From: Centroscyllium fabricii
Lineage: Eukaryota
Direction of reading: 5' to 3'
Assembly (NCBI GenBank): GCA_051313645.2
Contig: JBNRSN020000025.1
Location: 28,334,001-28,398,000 of the forward strand
DNA: 64,000 nt
In this document: positions 1 to 11,153 of the stretch, one piece after another
Layout: each line of letters opens with the position of its first letter
Position numbering within the stretch: position 1 is the first letter of the stretch
Position numbers and translations under genes: made by a program
Notes under the pieces: generated by a model
Databases searched by the model: none
The model's input: only the letters and a program-made list of their open reading frames with translations
What the model was told of the DNA's origin: nothing

Positions 1-161
1 CCCGGGATTTGGCAAATATTTTTTGATGGTGGTGTGTGAGCCATTTATTTGGGCTTCTATGATCAGTGATATTGGGGGTAAATTTCACTGCATCTAAAAC
101 AACATACATGCACGTTATATATGAGTGTGTGGTGTTTCCACATTGGGGATTAAATGTCTGT

Positions 162-283
162 CAGGGCGCGACAAAACTTTTTGCCCGCTTGCCCGGGGCA
201 AGCAAAATGCGCCATCGGGCAAGCAAAAGAAAATTGCACTTGCCCGACCGGGCAAGCGATGTGCGGACATGACCCGAGCCCTG
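162..283. mobile_element. hAT-like DNA transposon end/MITE at the 5' LTR deletion breakpoint
   Basis: Starts CAGGGCGCGACAAAAC exactly where LTR similarity stops; repeated TTGCCC/GGGCAA subterminal motifs; imperfect counter-end CCGAGCCCTG; no TSD seen. Confidence 0.5.
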
Positions 284-626
284 CCCCCCGGCGCCTGCGC
301 AGCGGCCGGGCCCGGAAACCACGCTGTGGGTGTGCGCCGCAGCTAGGCGGCAAGCACCGACGAAGAGGCGGAGAGGCCACTCGAGACTCCCCGCCGTGGA
401 CCAACAACCCATTCGGCCAGGCGACGCCGCCGAACAGCGGGCCCTGGCCGCACCTCCCCAAGCGGTCAGTGGATGAGGCGAGCCCCCGCCCCTCTCTCAC
501 AAACCACTCCACCTGCTGATCTCCCCTCAAATCACCCACCTCTGTTCTCCAATAAACAGCACCCTCCACACGGCACAAGAGGCTCCCCTCCCCCATGGAG
601 TGCACATTGCCTCGCCAAACCCAAGG

Positions 627-3600
627 CCTTTGTTACTATTATGCCCGCTTCAGTGCCAAGGCCCACCGCTGCTACCCTCCATGCTCGTTCGACACAAAAA
701 AAACAGCGCCCGACCCAGCCCACCAGTTTCGCGCCACCGACTAACCTCTTCTGAAAGCACCCCAGCCATCACGATGGCCGTCGGCTTCGCGGGGAAGCTC
801 CTTTACATCACCGATTTGCTGTCTGGATGGCAATTCCTCTGCAACACAGGTGCGCAGTGCAGCATCATCCCAGCCTCCACCCTCGACATCCAGGCAGGCC
901 GGAGCAGCCCTCCCCTTGTGGCAGCTAATGGCGCCGCCATCCGCACGTTTGGAAAACGACGGGCGGAAGTCTGCTTCAACAGCCAGAGGTTCACCTGGGA
1001 TTTCGTGACCGCCTCCGTCTCACAGCCCCTGCTAGGCGCTGATTTCCTGTGCGCTCACGGACTTTTGGTCGACGTCCGCGACGGACGCCTAATCGACGCA
1101 GCCACCTTCAACTCTTTGGCATGTCAGCACAGCAACAGGCCAGCCATTGTTTGGTCCTGCTCCTCACCGACAAAGGACTCTTACTCCCACCTTCTGGCAG
1201 AGTTTCCAGGGCTCACACAGCCAACCTTTTCAGCCTTGGCAGCGAAGCATGGCGAGGAACACTACATCGCCACCACAGTCCCACCGGTGTACGCCCGAGC
1301 CAGATGCCTCGACCCAGCCAAGATGGGCATTGCCAAAGAAGAGTTCACGACGATGGAGAAATTGGGCATTGTTCGGCGTTCAAATAGTCCCTGGTTGTCC
1401 CCACTCGACATTGTACCCAAGCCCGGCGGCGGCTGGCGACCATGCGGGGACTACAGGCGGCTCAACGATGCCACCATGCCCGACTGCTATCCCATTCCAC
1501 ACATCCAGGACTTCTCAGTGCACCTGGCGGGAAAAACTATTTTCTCCAAGGTAGATCTGGCACGGGGCTACCATCAGCTCCCAGTCCACCAGGAGGACAT
1601 CCAGAAGACACAGAAACACAGAAGATAGGAGCAGGAGCAGGCCATTCGGCCCTTCGAGCCTGCTCCGCCATTTTGATGAGATCATGGCTGATCATCCAAA
1701 CCCAGCACCCCCTCCTAACCTCTCCCCATCTCCCCCGACACCACCAACTCCAAGAACTATATCTCACACACATACTCATGGGCAATTTTTAGTATCTCCA
1801 ATTCACCTAACCTGCATGTCTTTGGGTGGTGGGAGGAAACCGGAGTACCCAGAGGAAACCCACATGAACACGGGGATAAGATGCAAACTCCACGCAAAGG
1901 TGTCCTGGGCCAAGCAGGATTCGAACCCAGGAGCTCCTTAGTGCGAGGCAGCAGTGCTAACCACTGTGCCACCATGTCGTCCTGCCCTTCGAGCCTGCTC
2001 TGCCATTTTGATCAGATCATGGCTGATCATCCAAACCCAACACCCCCCTCCTAAGATGGCAGTGATCACCCCTTTCGGGCTTTTCGAATTACTGCAAATG
2101 CCCTTCGGGCTGAAGAACGCCGCACAGGCCTTCCAGCGCCTTATGGTTTCGGTGCTCCGTGACCTGACTTTCCTCTTCATCTACCTAGATGACATCCTCG
2201 TGGCCAGCACCAGCAAGGCAGAGCACATCTCGCATCTACACTCCCTTTTCCAACACTTGAGCCATCACGGACTTATCGTTAACCCAGCAAAATGCCAATT
2301 TGGACTGGCCCAAATCGATTTTCTGGGTCACCGGATTTCGACGGAAGGCGCATTCCCCTTCCCACCAAGGTGCAGGCGGTGTCAGATTTCCCCCAGCCCA
2401 CGTCAGCCAAAGCTCTCCAGGTGTTTTTAGGCATGGTTAACTTTTACCACTGCTTCGTGCCCAAAGCCACTTCACTCATGCGCCCTCTCTACGAGGCCAC
2501 CAGGGGCAAGACCAGGAAAGAGCCGCTGACATGGTCCAATGAAATGACCTTGGCTTTCGAGAACACCAAGCAAGCCTTGGCCAACACCACACTTTTGTCT
2601 CACCCCATTCCAGGTGCCACGGTTGCCCCCACAACTGCTGCATCCGACTATGCCATCGGGGCAGTGCAGCAGCAGTGGGTCAACGGCGCGTGGCAACCAC
2701 TAGCATTCTCCGCCAACTGCGCAAGCCCGAGCTAGCATACAGCACGTTCGACAGAGAGCTGCTCGCCCTGTTTTTGGCAGTCAGGCACTTCAGGTTCCTG
2801 CTAGAAGGCCGGCCATTCACGGCGTTCGTCGACCAAAAACCATTGACTTTTGTCATGGCGAAGGCAGCAGAACTGTGGTCCGCGCGCCAGCTTAATTTTA
2901 TCTCAGAATTCACCACAGACACCCGCCACGTGGCTGGTAAAGACAACATGGTCGCCGATTGCCTCTCACGACCCTCTCTGCACGCTGTGCACCTGGGCAT
3001 TGATTACGCCAGTATGGCAAAGGACCAAGCTGCAGATGCCGAAATTCAAGCACTCAGGTCAGCGACGACTGGCCTCAACCTGGCCGACTTACACTTTCAA
3101 GCGGCTGGTACAACTCTCTTGTGCGACGTGTCGGTCAAGGACCTGAAGCCAGTCGTTCCGCTCTCCTGGCGCAAGCAGGTTTTTGACGTGGTTCATGGAC
3201 TTTCCCACCCAGGCATGAGAGCGTCCCAGAAGCTCATGGCAGCGAAATTCATGTGGCCCGGTCTCCACAAAGACGTGCGGGACTGGACGAATACCTGTGT
3301 GGTGTGTCAGAGGGCGAAGGTCCAACAACACACCAAAGCGCCCCTGGAACACTTCCCAGTGCCCGAAAAGTGCTTCGACCACATTCATGTGGACCTGGTT
3401 GGCCAACTGCCGCTATCACATGGCGAGACACATCTCCTCACCATCGTCGACCGCACCACAAGATGGCCCGAAGTGGTTCCCCTAACCTTCACCACCACGG
3501 CAGACGTCGCAAGAGCCTTTATATCCTCCTGGGTGGCCAGATTCGGTGTCTCTGCCGATATCTCATCCGATAGAGGCCCTCAGTTCACTTCCCAGCTGTG

Positions 3601-4219
3601 GAATGCTATCGCCCATGGGTTAAGAGCAAAACTCGACAGAAGCACAGCCTACCACCTGCAGGCCAACGGCCTCTGTGAGTGTTTCCACAAGTCATTGAAG
3701 ACCTCCTTGCGAGCTTGCCTGGCCGATACCGGCTGGATTGACAAGTTACCCTGGGTCCTCCTAGGACTACGCACCGCACCCAAGGAAGACCTCTAGTCGT
3801 CAGCGGCCGAAATGGTTTATGGACAACCACTTAGAGTCCCAGGCGGATTTCTGCCCCTCACAAACAAGCCGTGGTCCCCGTCCACGCAGCAGTCGCTGCA
3901 TCAAGAAGCCGCGAAGCAATTTCGACCGGTGCCCACGTCCCAGCATGGCCCCCAACTCTCCCATGTTCCACGGGACTTACACCAGGCAGAGTTCGTCTTC
4001 ATACGCCGGGACGCGCACAAGGACCCCCTGCAGGCACCCTATACGGGACCTTTTCCAGTTTTAGAGGCAGGAGAAAAATCCTTCATCATAGACGTCGGCG
4101 GGAAGCCCGACCACATTTCGGTGCACCTCTTGAAGCCGGCCCATCTGGACCTCAGCTCACCGGTGCAGCCAGCTCTCACCACCTCTTCCTCCGGCCGCCC
4201 CGTCGTCTCCACCTGTTGA
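627..4219 (+). pseudogene. Disrupted gag C-terminus and pol (protease, RT, RNase H, integrase)
   Basis: gag motif [21 protein letters not shown]; protease FLCNTGA (DTG mutated to NTG); [28 protein letters not shown]; RH YSTFDRELLA, ADCLSR; IN HHCC, VDLVG, SDRGPQF, GPF; frameshifts near 2360 and 2705, stop at 3794, SINE insertion. Confidence 0.95.
1603..2050 (-). mobile_element. HE1-like V-SINE plus an extra copy of its 3' tail, inserted in the Gypsy RT
   Basis: Splits EDI/PKMA; tRNA head with A box (TGGCACAGTGG) and B box (GGTTCGAATCC) on minus strand; CR1-type tail; second tail fragment 1985-2050. Confidence 0.85.
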
Positions 4220-4393
4220 GCCTTCCGCCAGCACTTTGCCAGAGCAACCGACGATGACGCCAGTCCCTCAACAGGACAACCTTCCAGAGACTCCTCCTCG
4301 CCCTCCACCCGGGCGCTACAGCCGCTACGGCCGCTTGATCAAGCCGCCCGAAAGACTGACTTTCACAGTTAAAGAGGATTCTGGGGGGGCGCA

Positions 4394-4647
4394 TGTGGCG
4401 TTTCCACATTGGGGATTAAAAGCCTGTACATAGTTAAACATGTAAAATCCCCTTTAACTGGCAGTTTTCCCCTCCCCTTTAAGAGAGAGGCAAAACGTAG
4501 ATCACATGACCAAGCCGTGACGTTGTAACGCGTTTTCGCGGGCTTTTGAATTCATTCTGTTTGTTGGAGTTGAGTAGTAAAGACCTGTATTGAGTTAACC
4601 TCTTGATTTTGGCTGATTATTTCGCTGGGAGACTGTAGTCACCCACA
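4394..4647 (+). repeat. 3' LTR (254 bp)
   Basis: TGTGG...CCACA terminal inverted repeat, preceded by G-rich polypurine tract, followed by TSD. Confidence 0.9.
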
Positions 4648-4859
4648 AGTGTATAGCCTCCAGTCATTGTGTATAATTTCATGGGAGGGGGTCCATATGA
4701 TTTCAGAAACCATAATGCTTGAGGGATTTTTAGCTATTATCTGAACTCCATGCTGAAATTTTATCCATAAAATATAGGTTATATCTTTTTAATATGTATA
4801 TAATAGTAGCCTTTATGGGATGGATGATGTTATTCAGTTTGAGTTCGTCCTGACATATT

Positions 4860-5641
4860 GGGCCAGAAATTAGCCCTGGAGCCTTCGTGCGGGTGCAGTG
4901 CTCCTAGTTGCACTTACCCAGCACTTTTTCCGTTTTGATTTTTTGCACTGTTACTTTCCGAGTTGCCCAGCTTGTCAAAGCTCTGTGCGAGCTGCATGTG
5001 CAACTCAACGGCGTAATTAGTTCGAGATCTCTTTTGAGAGCACGTGATTGGCAGGGAGCCAATCAATGGAAGCAATCCTCCATTCCAAACTTACACGGAG
5101 AAATCTGTGTAAGTTTTGAAAGGAGAGATCTTCCAAAACACATCTAAACTCAAACATAAAATTTTAGAAACACCACATCTTTTTAGCAGTACTCCAACTA
5201 ACATAAATTAGCTACTTTAAAGAAAAAATTTAAATGTAGAATTTTTTTTTACACTCTTTAACAGGCCTAAAAGAATACTAAACTGTCTTTAAAGTTAACA
5301 AAAATTATAAACCTGAAAGAACAACACTTAAAATCAATAAAATAAACACTTACCTGCTAAAAATGGGTGCTTACGACTGCTATTTTCATGCGTTGAATCT
5401 TCAGTGCTTGGTCCGATGAAAATCTTTAAATAAAAATCGGAAAGTTACTGCGCACCACGTGGTGCGCAGGTTCCTGCGATAATCATCGCACCAGCTCTGG
5501 CCGCCCCCCCACCACCCCCCCCCCGCCCGCCGCTTTCGGAAAGTCATGGAGCAGCGTTTCGGCTGCTTCACGCGAGTTGGAGCTCTGGCGCGCTCGCACC
5601 AGAGCTCAAAAACAAATATGCGCAATCGGAAAGATTGGGCC
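4860..5641 (+). mobile_element. PIF/Harbinger-like MITE, family B
   Basis: Imperfect TIR GGGCCAGAAATT / AAGATTGGGCC, 3-bp TSD ATT; related inverted copy at 34241-35016. Confidence 0.7.
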
Positions 5642-5792
5642 ATTTTTGCTGGTGGAAAGCAAAATTAGACCGACACAGTCGTACAAACAAAAGTTTATGA
5701 TGTAAAATGTATTAAAATAAATGGTTTTCCGTATATTGCATTTTTTCCCCTAAATTGTTGGTTATCGGTAAAAACAGCTTTGCATTAATACT

Positions 5793-6335
5793 TAATAACA
5801 ACAGAAAATGTTGGAAAAACTCAGCAGGCCAGGCAATATCCAATTCAATTCAAGTTTTATTGTCATTGCAGAGTACTAGTACAATACAACGAGACGAAGA
5901 CTCGACGCTCCCGAGAGTAGTGCAAATAAATTACATGCAGATTGCATACAGTAAAGTACATTTTCAGGCGTGCAGGTACTGGAGGTTTTTTTTAGCGTTC
6001 AGGAGGCTGACAGACCTGGGGAAGAAGCTGTTCTTAAATCTAGTCGTGCGGGTGCGAATTGATCTGTAGCGTCTCCCGGAGGGCAGGGGGGCGAACAGAC
6101 TGTGGCTGGGGTGTGTGGGGTCTTTAATAATGTTCAGAGACCTCCGTAGGCAGCGTTTGAGGTAGATGCTTTCAATTGACGGTAGCTGGGTACCGGTGAT
6201 TCGTTGGGCAGTTTTGACTGCCCAAAACGTCGACTCTATATTTCTCTCCTCGGATGTTGCCTGGCCTGCTGAGTTTTTTCAGCATTTTCTGTTTTTATTT
6301 CGGATTTCCAGCATCCGCAGTATTTTACTATTTTG
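5793..6335. mobile_element. Penelope-like inverted repeat (family P2) split by Rex1
   Basis: Arms ACAGAAAATGTTGGAAAAACTCAGCAGGCCAGGCA and GATGTTGCCTGGCCTGCTGAG...; same family at 7570-7685, 23906-24040, 42878-43888. Confidence 0.65.
5841..6219 (-). mobile_element. Rex1/Babar LINE 3' fragment
   Basis: Minus-strand translation DPTHPSHSLFAPLPSGRRYRSIRTRTTRFKNSFFP; AATAAA and (TTGAA)n tail. Confidence 0.85.
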
Positions 6336-6378
6336 CATTAATACTTGATCATTGTATAATTTTGCTATTTTGCATTAA

Positions 6379-6868
6379 TAGAAACATAGAAACATAGAAG
6401 ATAGAAGCAGGAGTAGGCCATTCGGCCCTTCGAGCCTGCTCCACCATTCAATGAGATTATGGCTGATCATCCAAACCCAGCACCCTACCCTCTCCCCATA
6501 TCCCTCGATCCCTATCGAGCCTGCACCGACACATATCCCACCCTATCCCCGTAACCCCACATATTCAACCCCCCTAACACTAAGGGTCAATTTATCCTGG
6601 CCAATCAACCTAACCCGCACATCTTTGGACGGTAGGAGGAAACCGGAGCACCCGGAGGAAACCCACGCAGACACGGGGAGAATTCAATTCAATTCAAGTT
6701 TTATTGTCATTGCAGAGTACTAGTATAATACAACGAGACGAAGACTCGACGCTCCCGAGACACGGGGAGAATGTGCAAACGCCACACAGAGAGTACCCGA
6801 GGCTGGATTTGAACCCAGGTCTCCAGAGTTGTGAGGCAACAGTGCTAACCACTGTGCCACCGTGCCAC
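6379..6868 (-). mobile_element. HE1-like SINE containing a Rex1 tail fragment (6682-6760)
   Basis: A/B boxes, V-domain, (TTCTATGT)n tail; the Rex1 tail is flanked by duplicated AGACACGGGGAGAAT. Confidence 0.85.
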
Positions 6869-7031
6869 CCTTGATCATTGTATAATTGTTCGGGCCACTT
6901 AAACAAAAAAAACTCCCGCTCACGTTATATTGCATCAAGCTGATGATCTATAAAACACTGAACGTGTTTTGTAAAAAAAAAATCTACTGATGACTAATCC
7001 TGCGAATCAATGATATCGAGTGAACTTTTGA

Positions 7032-7566
7032 ACTAAGGAAACTGAAGAAAGCCAGGCTGTAATCCGGCATCCTCTCCAACTTCTACCGCTGCACAATAGA
7101 AAGCATACCGACAAGCTGCATCACTGTCTGGTATGGTAATTGCACTATTTCGGACCGGAAAACCCTGCAGCGGGTAGTCAAAACTGCCCAACGAATCACC
7201 GGTACCCAGCTACCGTCAATGGAAAGCAACTACCTCAAACGCTGCTTACGGAGGTCTGTGAACATTATTAAAGACCCCACACACCCCAGCCACAGTCTGT
7301 TCGCCCACCCTGCCCTCCGGGAGACGCTACAGAGCAATTTGCACACGCACGACTAGATTTCAGAACAGCTTCTTCCCCAGGGCTGTCAGCCTCCTGAACT
7401 CTAAAAAGAAACTCCGGTACCTGCACGCCTGATAATGTACTTTACTGTATGCAATTTGCATGTAATTTATTTGCACTACTCTCGGGAGCGTCGAGTCTTT
7501 GTCTCGTTGTATTGTACTAGTACTCTGCAATGACAATAAAACTTGAATTGAATTAAATTGAATTGA
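7032..7566 (+). mobile_element. Rex1/Babar LINE 3' fragment
   Basis: LRKLKKA...NFYRCTIES...ITVWYGNC...LQRVVKTAQRITG; tail AATAAAACTTGAATTGAA. Confidence 0.9.
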
Positions 7567-8660
7567 CTACCCGAAACGTCGACTCTATATTTCTCTCCAT
7601 GGATGTTGCCTGGCCTGCTGAGTTTTTTCAGCATTTTCTGTTCTTATTTCGGATTTCCAGCATCCGCAGTATTTTGCTATTTTGCATTAATACTTGATCA
7701 TTGTATAATTTTGCTATTTTGCATTAATAGAAACATAGAAGATAGGAGCAGGAGTAGGCCATTCAGCCCTTCGAGCCTGCTCTGCCATTCAATGAGATCA
7801 TGGCTGATCATCCAAACCCAGCATCCCGCCCCTGCCCTCACCCCCCCATCCCTATCGAGCATGCACCGACACACATCCCACCCTATCCCAGTAACCCCAC
7901 ATATTCAACCCCCCTAACACTAAGGGTCAATCAACCTAACCCGCACATCTTTGGACAGTAGGAGGAAACCGGAGCACCCGGAGGAAACCCACGCAGACAC
8001 GGGGAGAATTCAATTCAATTTAGTTCAATTCAAGTTTTATTCTCATTGCAGAGTACTAGTACAATACAACGAGACGAAGACTCGACGCTCCCGAGACATA
8101 GAAACATAGAAACTAGGAGCAGGAGTAGGCCATTCGGCCCTTCGAGCCTGCTCCGCCATTCAATGAGATCATGGCTGATCATCCAAACCCAGCACCCTGC
8201 CCCTGCCCTCTCCCCATATCCCTCGATCCCTATATCGACACATATCCCACCCTATCCCCGTAACCCCACATATTCAAACCCCCGTAACCCCACATATTCA
8301 AACCCCCTAATACTAAGGGTCAATTTATCATGGCCAATCAACCTAACCCGCACATCTTTGGACTGTGGGAGGAAACCGGAGCACCCGGAGGAAACCCACG
8401 CAGACACGGGGGGAATGTGCAAACGCCACACAGAGAGTAACCGAGGCTGGATTTGAACCCGGGTCTCCAGAGCTGTGAGGCAACAGTGCCCTTGATCATT
8501 GTATAATTTTTCGGGCCACTTAAACAAAAAAAAACTCCCGCTCACGTTCTATTGCATCAAGCTGAAGATCTATAAAACACTGAACGTGTTTTTGTAAAAC
8601 AAAAAAATCATCTACTGATGACTAATCCTGAGAATCAATGATATGGAGTGAACTTTTTGA
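7563..8660 (+). repeat. Second copy of local duplication of 6214-7031 (P2 half, SINE 7728-8010, Rex1 tail 8008-8096, SINE 8097-8490, unique tail)
   Basis: Same junction order and shared non-repeat segment 6868-7031 = 8488-8660. Confidence 0.9.
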
Positions 8661-9265
8661 GGGAGAAAAAAAAACCTCCCTTCCGCCTTGTCGCTTTAAC
8701 AGCCAGTGGTGTGTGAAACCAGTGATTGCAGGTTTGTAGGCTGCTGTTGAAATCGGTGGGCAGTGTGCTGGTTCCTGGAAGAGCCCCCGGGGGAGAGTCA
8801 GGCGCATTCTTGGCTGAGATTCAATGCCTGACCTAGACGCCGACAAACACAGGGAGAAGGCAGTCTGAGCTGCAAGGTCGCGTTGTGTGGATGTGCCGCG
8901 ACTTTACGCTTGCCGATCGTGGAAAGGAGGGCTGAAAAAGAAGAGGAAGAAGAAGAAAAGAAAGTACAGTAGAGTCTAAAAAAAAGAAATTTTAGGGGGG
9001 GGACTGGATTTCGGAAGGGTGTTTGAAGAGATCTTTTTTAAGGGCACGATTTGTGGAGATGTTTTTGAAGACAGGAATGCTGCAGAAAGCCAGCGCGCCT
9101 AGAGACTAGATTTCATGAGCGACTTCAGTTCTGGTGCTGGTGCTGGTGGTGCTAGTGGAGCAAACTTGGACGACGTGGCTTTTTAAAAGAAGGATTTATC
9201 TTGATTTTTTGGGGGGGGTTGCAAAAAAAACGGGGTGTGCTTTTCGAGGGGATCCCCCAAAAATC

Positions 9266-10204
9266 ATGGAGACTGTCCCCAGATCTAGTTTTCAGCCTCA
9301 CCCGGGGCTCCAGCAGACCCTGAAGCAGTTCCATCTGAGCAGCATGAGTTCGCTGGGCGGACCGGCGGCGTTCTCGGCTCGCTGGGCTCATCAGGAGATG
9401 ATGTTCAAGAAGGAGACGGGCAAGAAGGAGGAGGAGGAGTTGTTGCTGTTGAGCGACCAGATGATGGTCCAGCTGCCCGTCCAGCCCCCCCCGGCCATGC
9501 CGGCGCCCCTCTTCATCCCCTCGGACCGCTCGACCGAGCGCTGCGAGACGGTGCTGGAGGGGGAGACCATCTCCTGCTTCGCGGTGGGCGGCGAGAAGCG
9601 CCTGTGCCTGCCCCAGATCCTCAACTCGGCGCTGCGCGATTTCTCCCTGCAGCAGATCAACTGGGTGTGCGACCGGCTCCACGTCTACTGCTCCCGGTGC
9701 ACGGCCGAGCAGCTGGAGATCCTCAAAGTCCTGGGCATCCTGCCCTTCTCGGCCCCTTCCTGCGGACTGATCACCAAGACCGACGCCGAGAGGCTCTGCA
9801 ACGCCCTGCTCCACGGGGGCAGCTACCCTCCCCACTGCCAGAAGGAATACTCCAGCACCATCGGGCTGGAGCTCACCGAGCAGAGCTTCAGGGTCTACCA
9901 CGAGTGTTTCGGCAAGTGCCGGGGTCTGCTGGTGCCCGAGCTGTACGGGGACCCCCACTCGGCGTGTGTCCAGTGCCTGGACTGCCGGCTCATGTACTCG
10001 CTCCACAAGTTCGTGGTCCACTCGCACAAGGCGCTGGAGAACCGAACCTGCCACTGGGGTTTCGATTCGGCCAACTGGAGAGCCTACGTCCTCTTGAGTC
10101 AGGATTACACCGCCAAGGACGAGAAGGCACGATTGGAACAGTTACTGGATGAAATCAAAGAGAGATTTGACTACAGCAACAAATACAAAAGAAAAGCACC
10201 CAGG
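9266..10204 (+). CDS. SKI: SKI proto-oncogene, first coding exon (313 codons, phase-0 donor)
   Basis: [29 protein letters not shown]; [21 protein letters not shown]; [16 protein letters not shown]; YHECFGKC...[23 protein letters not shown]; Kozak ATCATGG; ends KYKRKAPR at AGG/GTAAGC, the same position as the vertebrate SKI exon 1 boundary. Confidence 0.96.
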
Positions 10205-10291
10205 GTAAGCATTTCTCCCAACTTGAGCCACACATCCTGTACTGTGGATGATCATGTCTTGACTATTTCCACATCCTGTACTGTGGATGAT

Positions 10292-10695
10292 CATAGAAAC
10301 ATAGAAGGTAGGAGTAGGCCATTCGGCCCCTCATAGAAACATAGAAGATAGGAGCAGGAGTAGGCCATTCGGCCCCTCGAGCCTGCTCTGCCATTGAATG
10401 AGATCATGGCTGATCATCCAAACCCAGTACCCTGTCCCTGCCTCTCCCCATATCCCTTGATCCCTTTAGCCTTAAGAAATATATCTAACTCCCTCTTGAA
10501 TATATTTAATGAATTGGCCTCTACTGCCTTCTGTTGTAGAGAATTCCACAGGTTCACCATTCTCTGGGTGAAGAAATTCCTCCTCATTTCTGTCCTAAAT
10601 GGCGTACCCCTTATCCTCAGGCTGTGACCCCTGGTTCTGGACTCCTTGACCATCGGGAACATCCTTTCTGCATCCAGTCTGTCTAGTCCTCCCAG
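10292..10695 (-). mobile_element. CR1/HER1 LINE 3' fragment with doubled tail, inside a 39-bp tandem repeat
   Basis: LDRLDAERMFP...RTRGHSLRI...RRNFFTQR; flanked by repeats of CATGTCTTGACTATTTCCACATCCTGTACTGTGGATGAT. Confidence 0.9.
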
Positions 10696-10846
10696 CTGCT
10701 TCCATGTCTTGACTATTTCCACATCCTGTACTGTGGATGATCATATCTGACTATTTCCAGTCAAATTCAAATAGCTTTATTGGCATGAATGGTATCAACC
10801 GTTGTTGCCAAAGCATTGTAACATACACACAAATAGTCTCTCTCTT

Positions 10847-10884
10847 TCACCTGACGAAGGGGCAGACGCTCCGAAAGCTTGTGA
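10847..10884 (+). ncRNA. Minimal type I hammerhead ribozyme motif (Penelope-type)
   Basis: TCAC-CTGACGA-A-GGGGC-AGAC-GCTCC-GAAA-GC-TT-GTGA: stem I, core, stem II and palindromic AAGCTT helix III. Confidence 0.7.
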
Positions 10885-10893
10885 TTTTAAAAT

Positions 10894-11153
10894 AAAACTG
10901 TTGGGACTATAACCTGGTGTTGTGTGACTTCTTGCATTTGTCCACCCCAGTCCAACAAAACTGTTGGGACTATAACCTGGTGTTGTGTGACTTCTTGCAT
11001 TTGTCCACCCCAGTCCAACAAAACTGTTGGTACTATAACCTGGTGTTGTGCGACTTCTTGCATTTAGTCCACCCCAGTCCAACAAAACTGTTGGGACTAT
11101 AACCTGGTGTTGTGTGACTTCTTGCATTTGTCCACCCCAGTCACCTCCACATC
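10894..11153 (+). repeat. Four tandem 63-bp units of the Penelope-like P1 terminus
   Basis: AAAACTGTTGG starts at 10894, 10957, 11020, 11083. Confidence 0.95.

Larger units (their letters stand above)
128..4647 (+). mobile_element. Gypsy/Ty3 LTR retrotransposon, decayed; 5' LTR and most of gag deleted
   Basis: TG...CA ends with 4-bp TSD AGTG (124-127, 4648-4651); 128-161 matches the start of the 3' LTR; domain order PR-RT-RH-IN; purine-rich tract before the 3' LTR. Confidence 0.95.

Noticed and set aside
600-4219. Domesticated or active Gypsy gene
   Set aside because: Protease catalytic Asp lost, frameshifts, stop codon and SINE insertion
9134-9265. 44-aa N-terminal extension of the SKI ORF
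   Set aside because: Starts at GTG and runs through homopolymer-rich UTR; homology begins at METVPR (9266)
9152-10054. 300-aa antisense ORF (and 182-aa alternate frame 9604-10152)
   Set aside because: Shadows of the GC3-rich SKI exon; no recognisable domain
10205-10336. ORF continuation after the donor as an intronless/retrocopy C-terminus
   Set aside because: Translates tandem repeat and LINE tail; canonical donor at the conserved position
10894-11153. CRISPR-like array (also 26709-26868)
   Set aside because: Head-to-tail units without unique spacers; eukaryotic context, no cas genes
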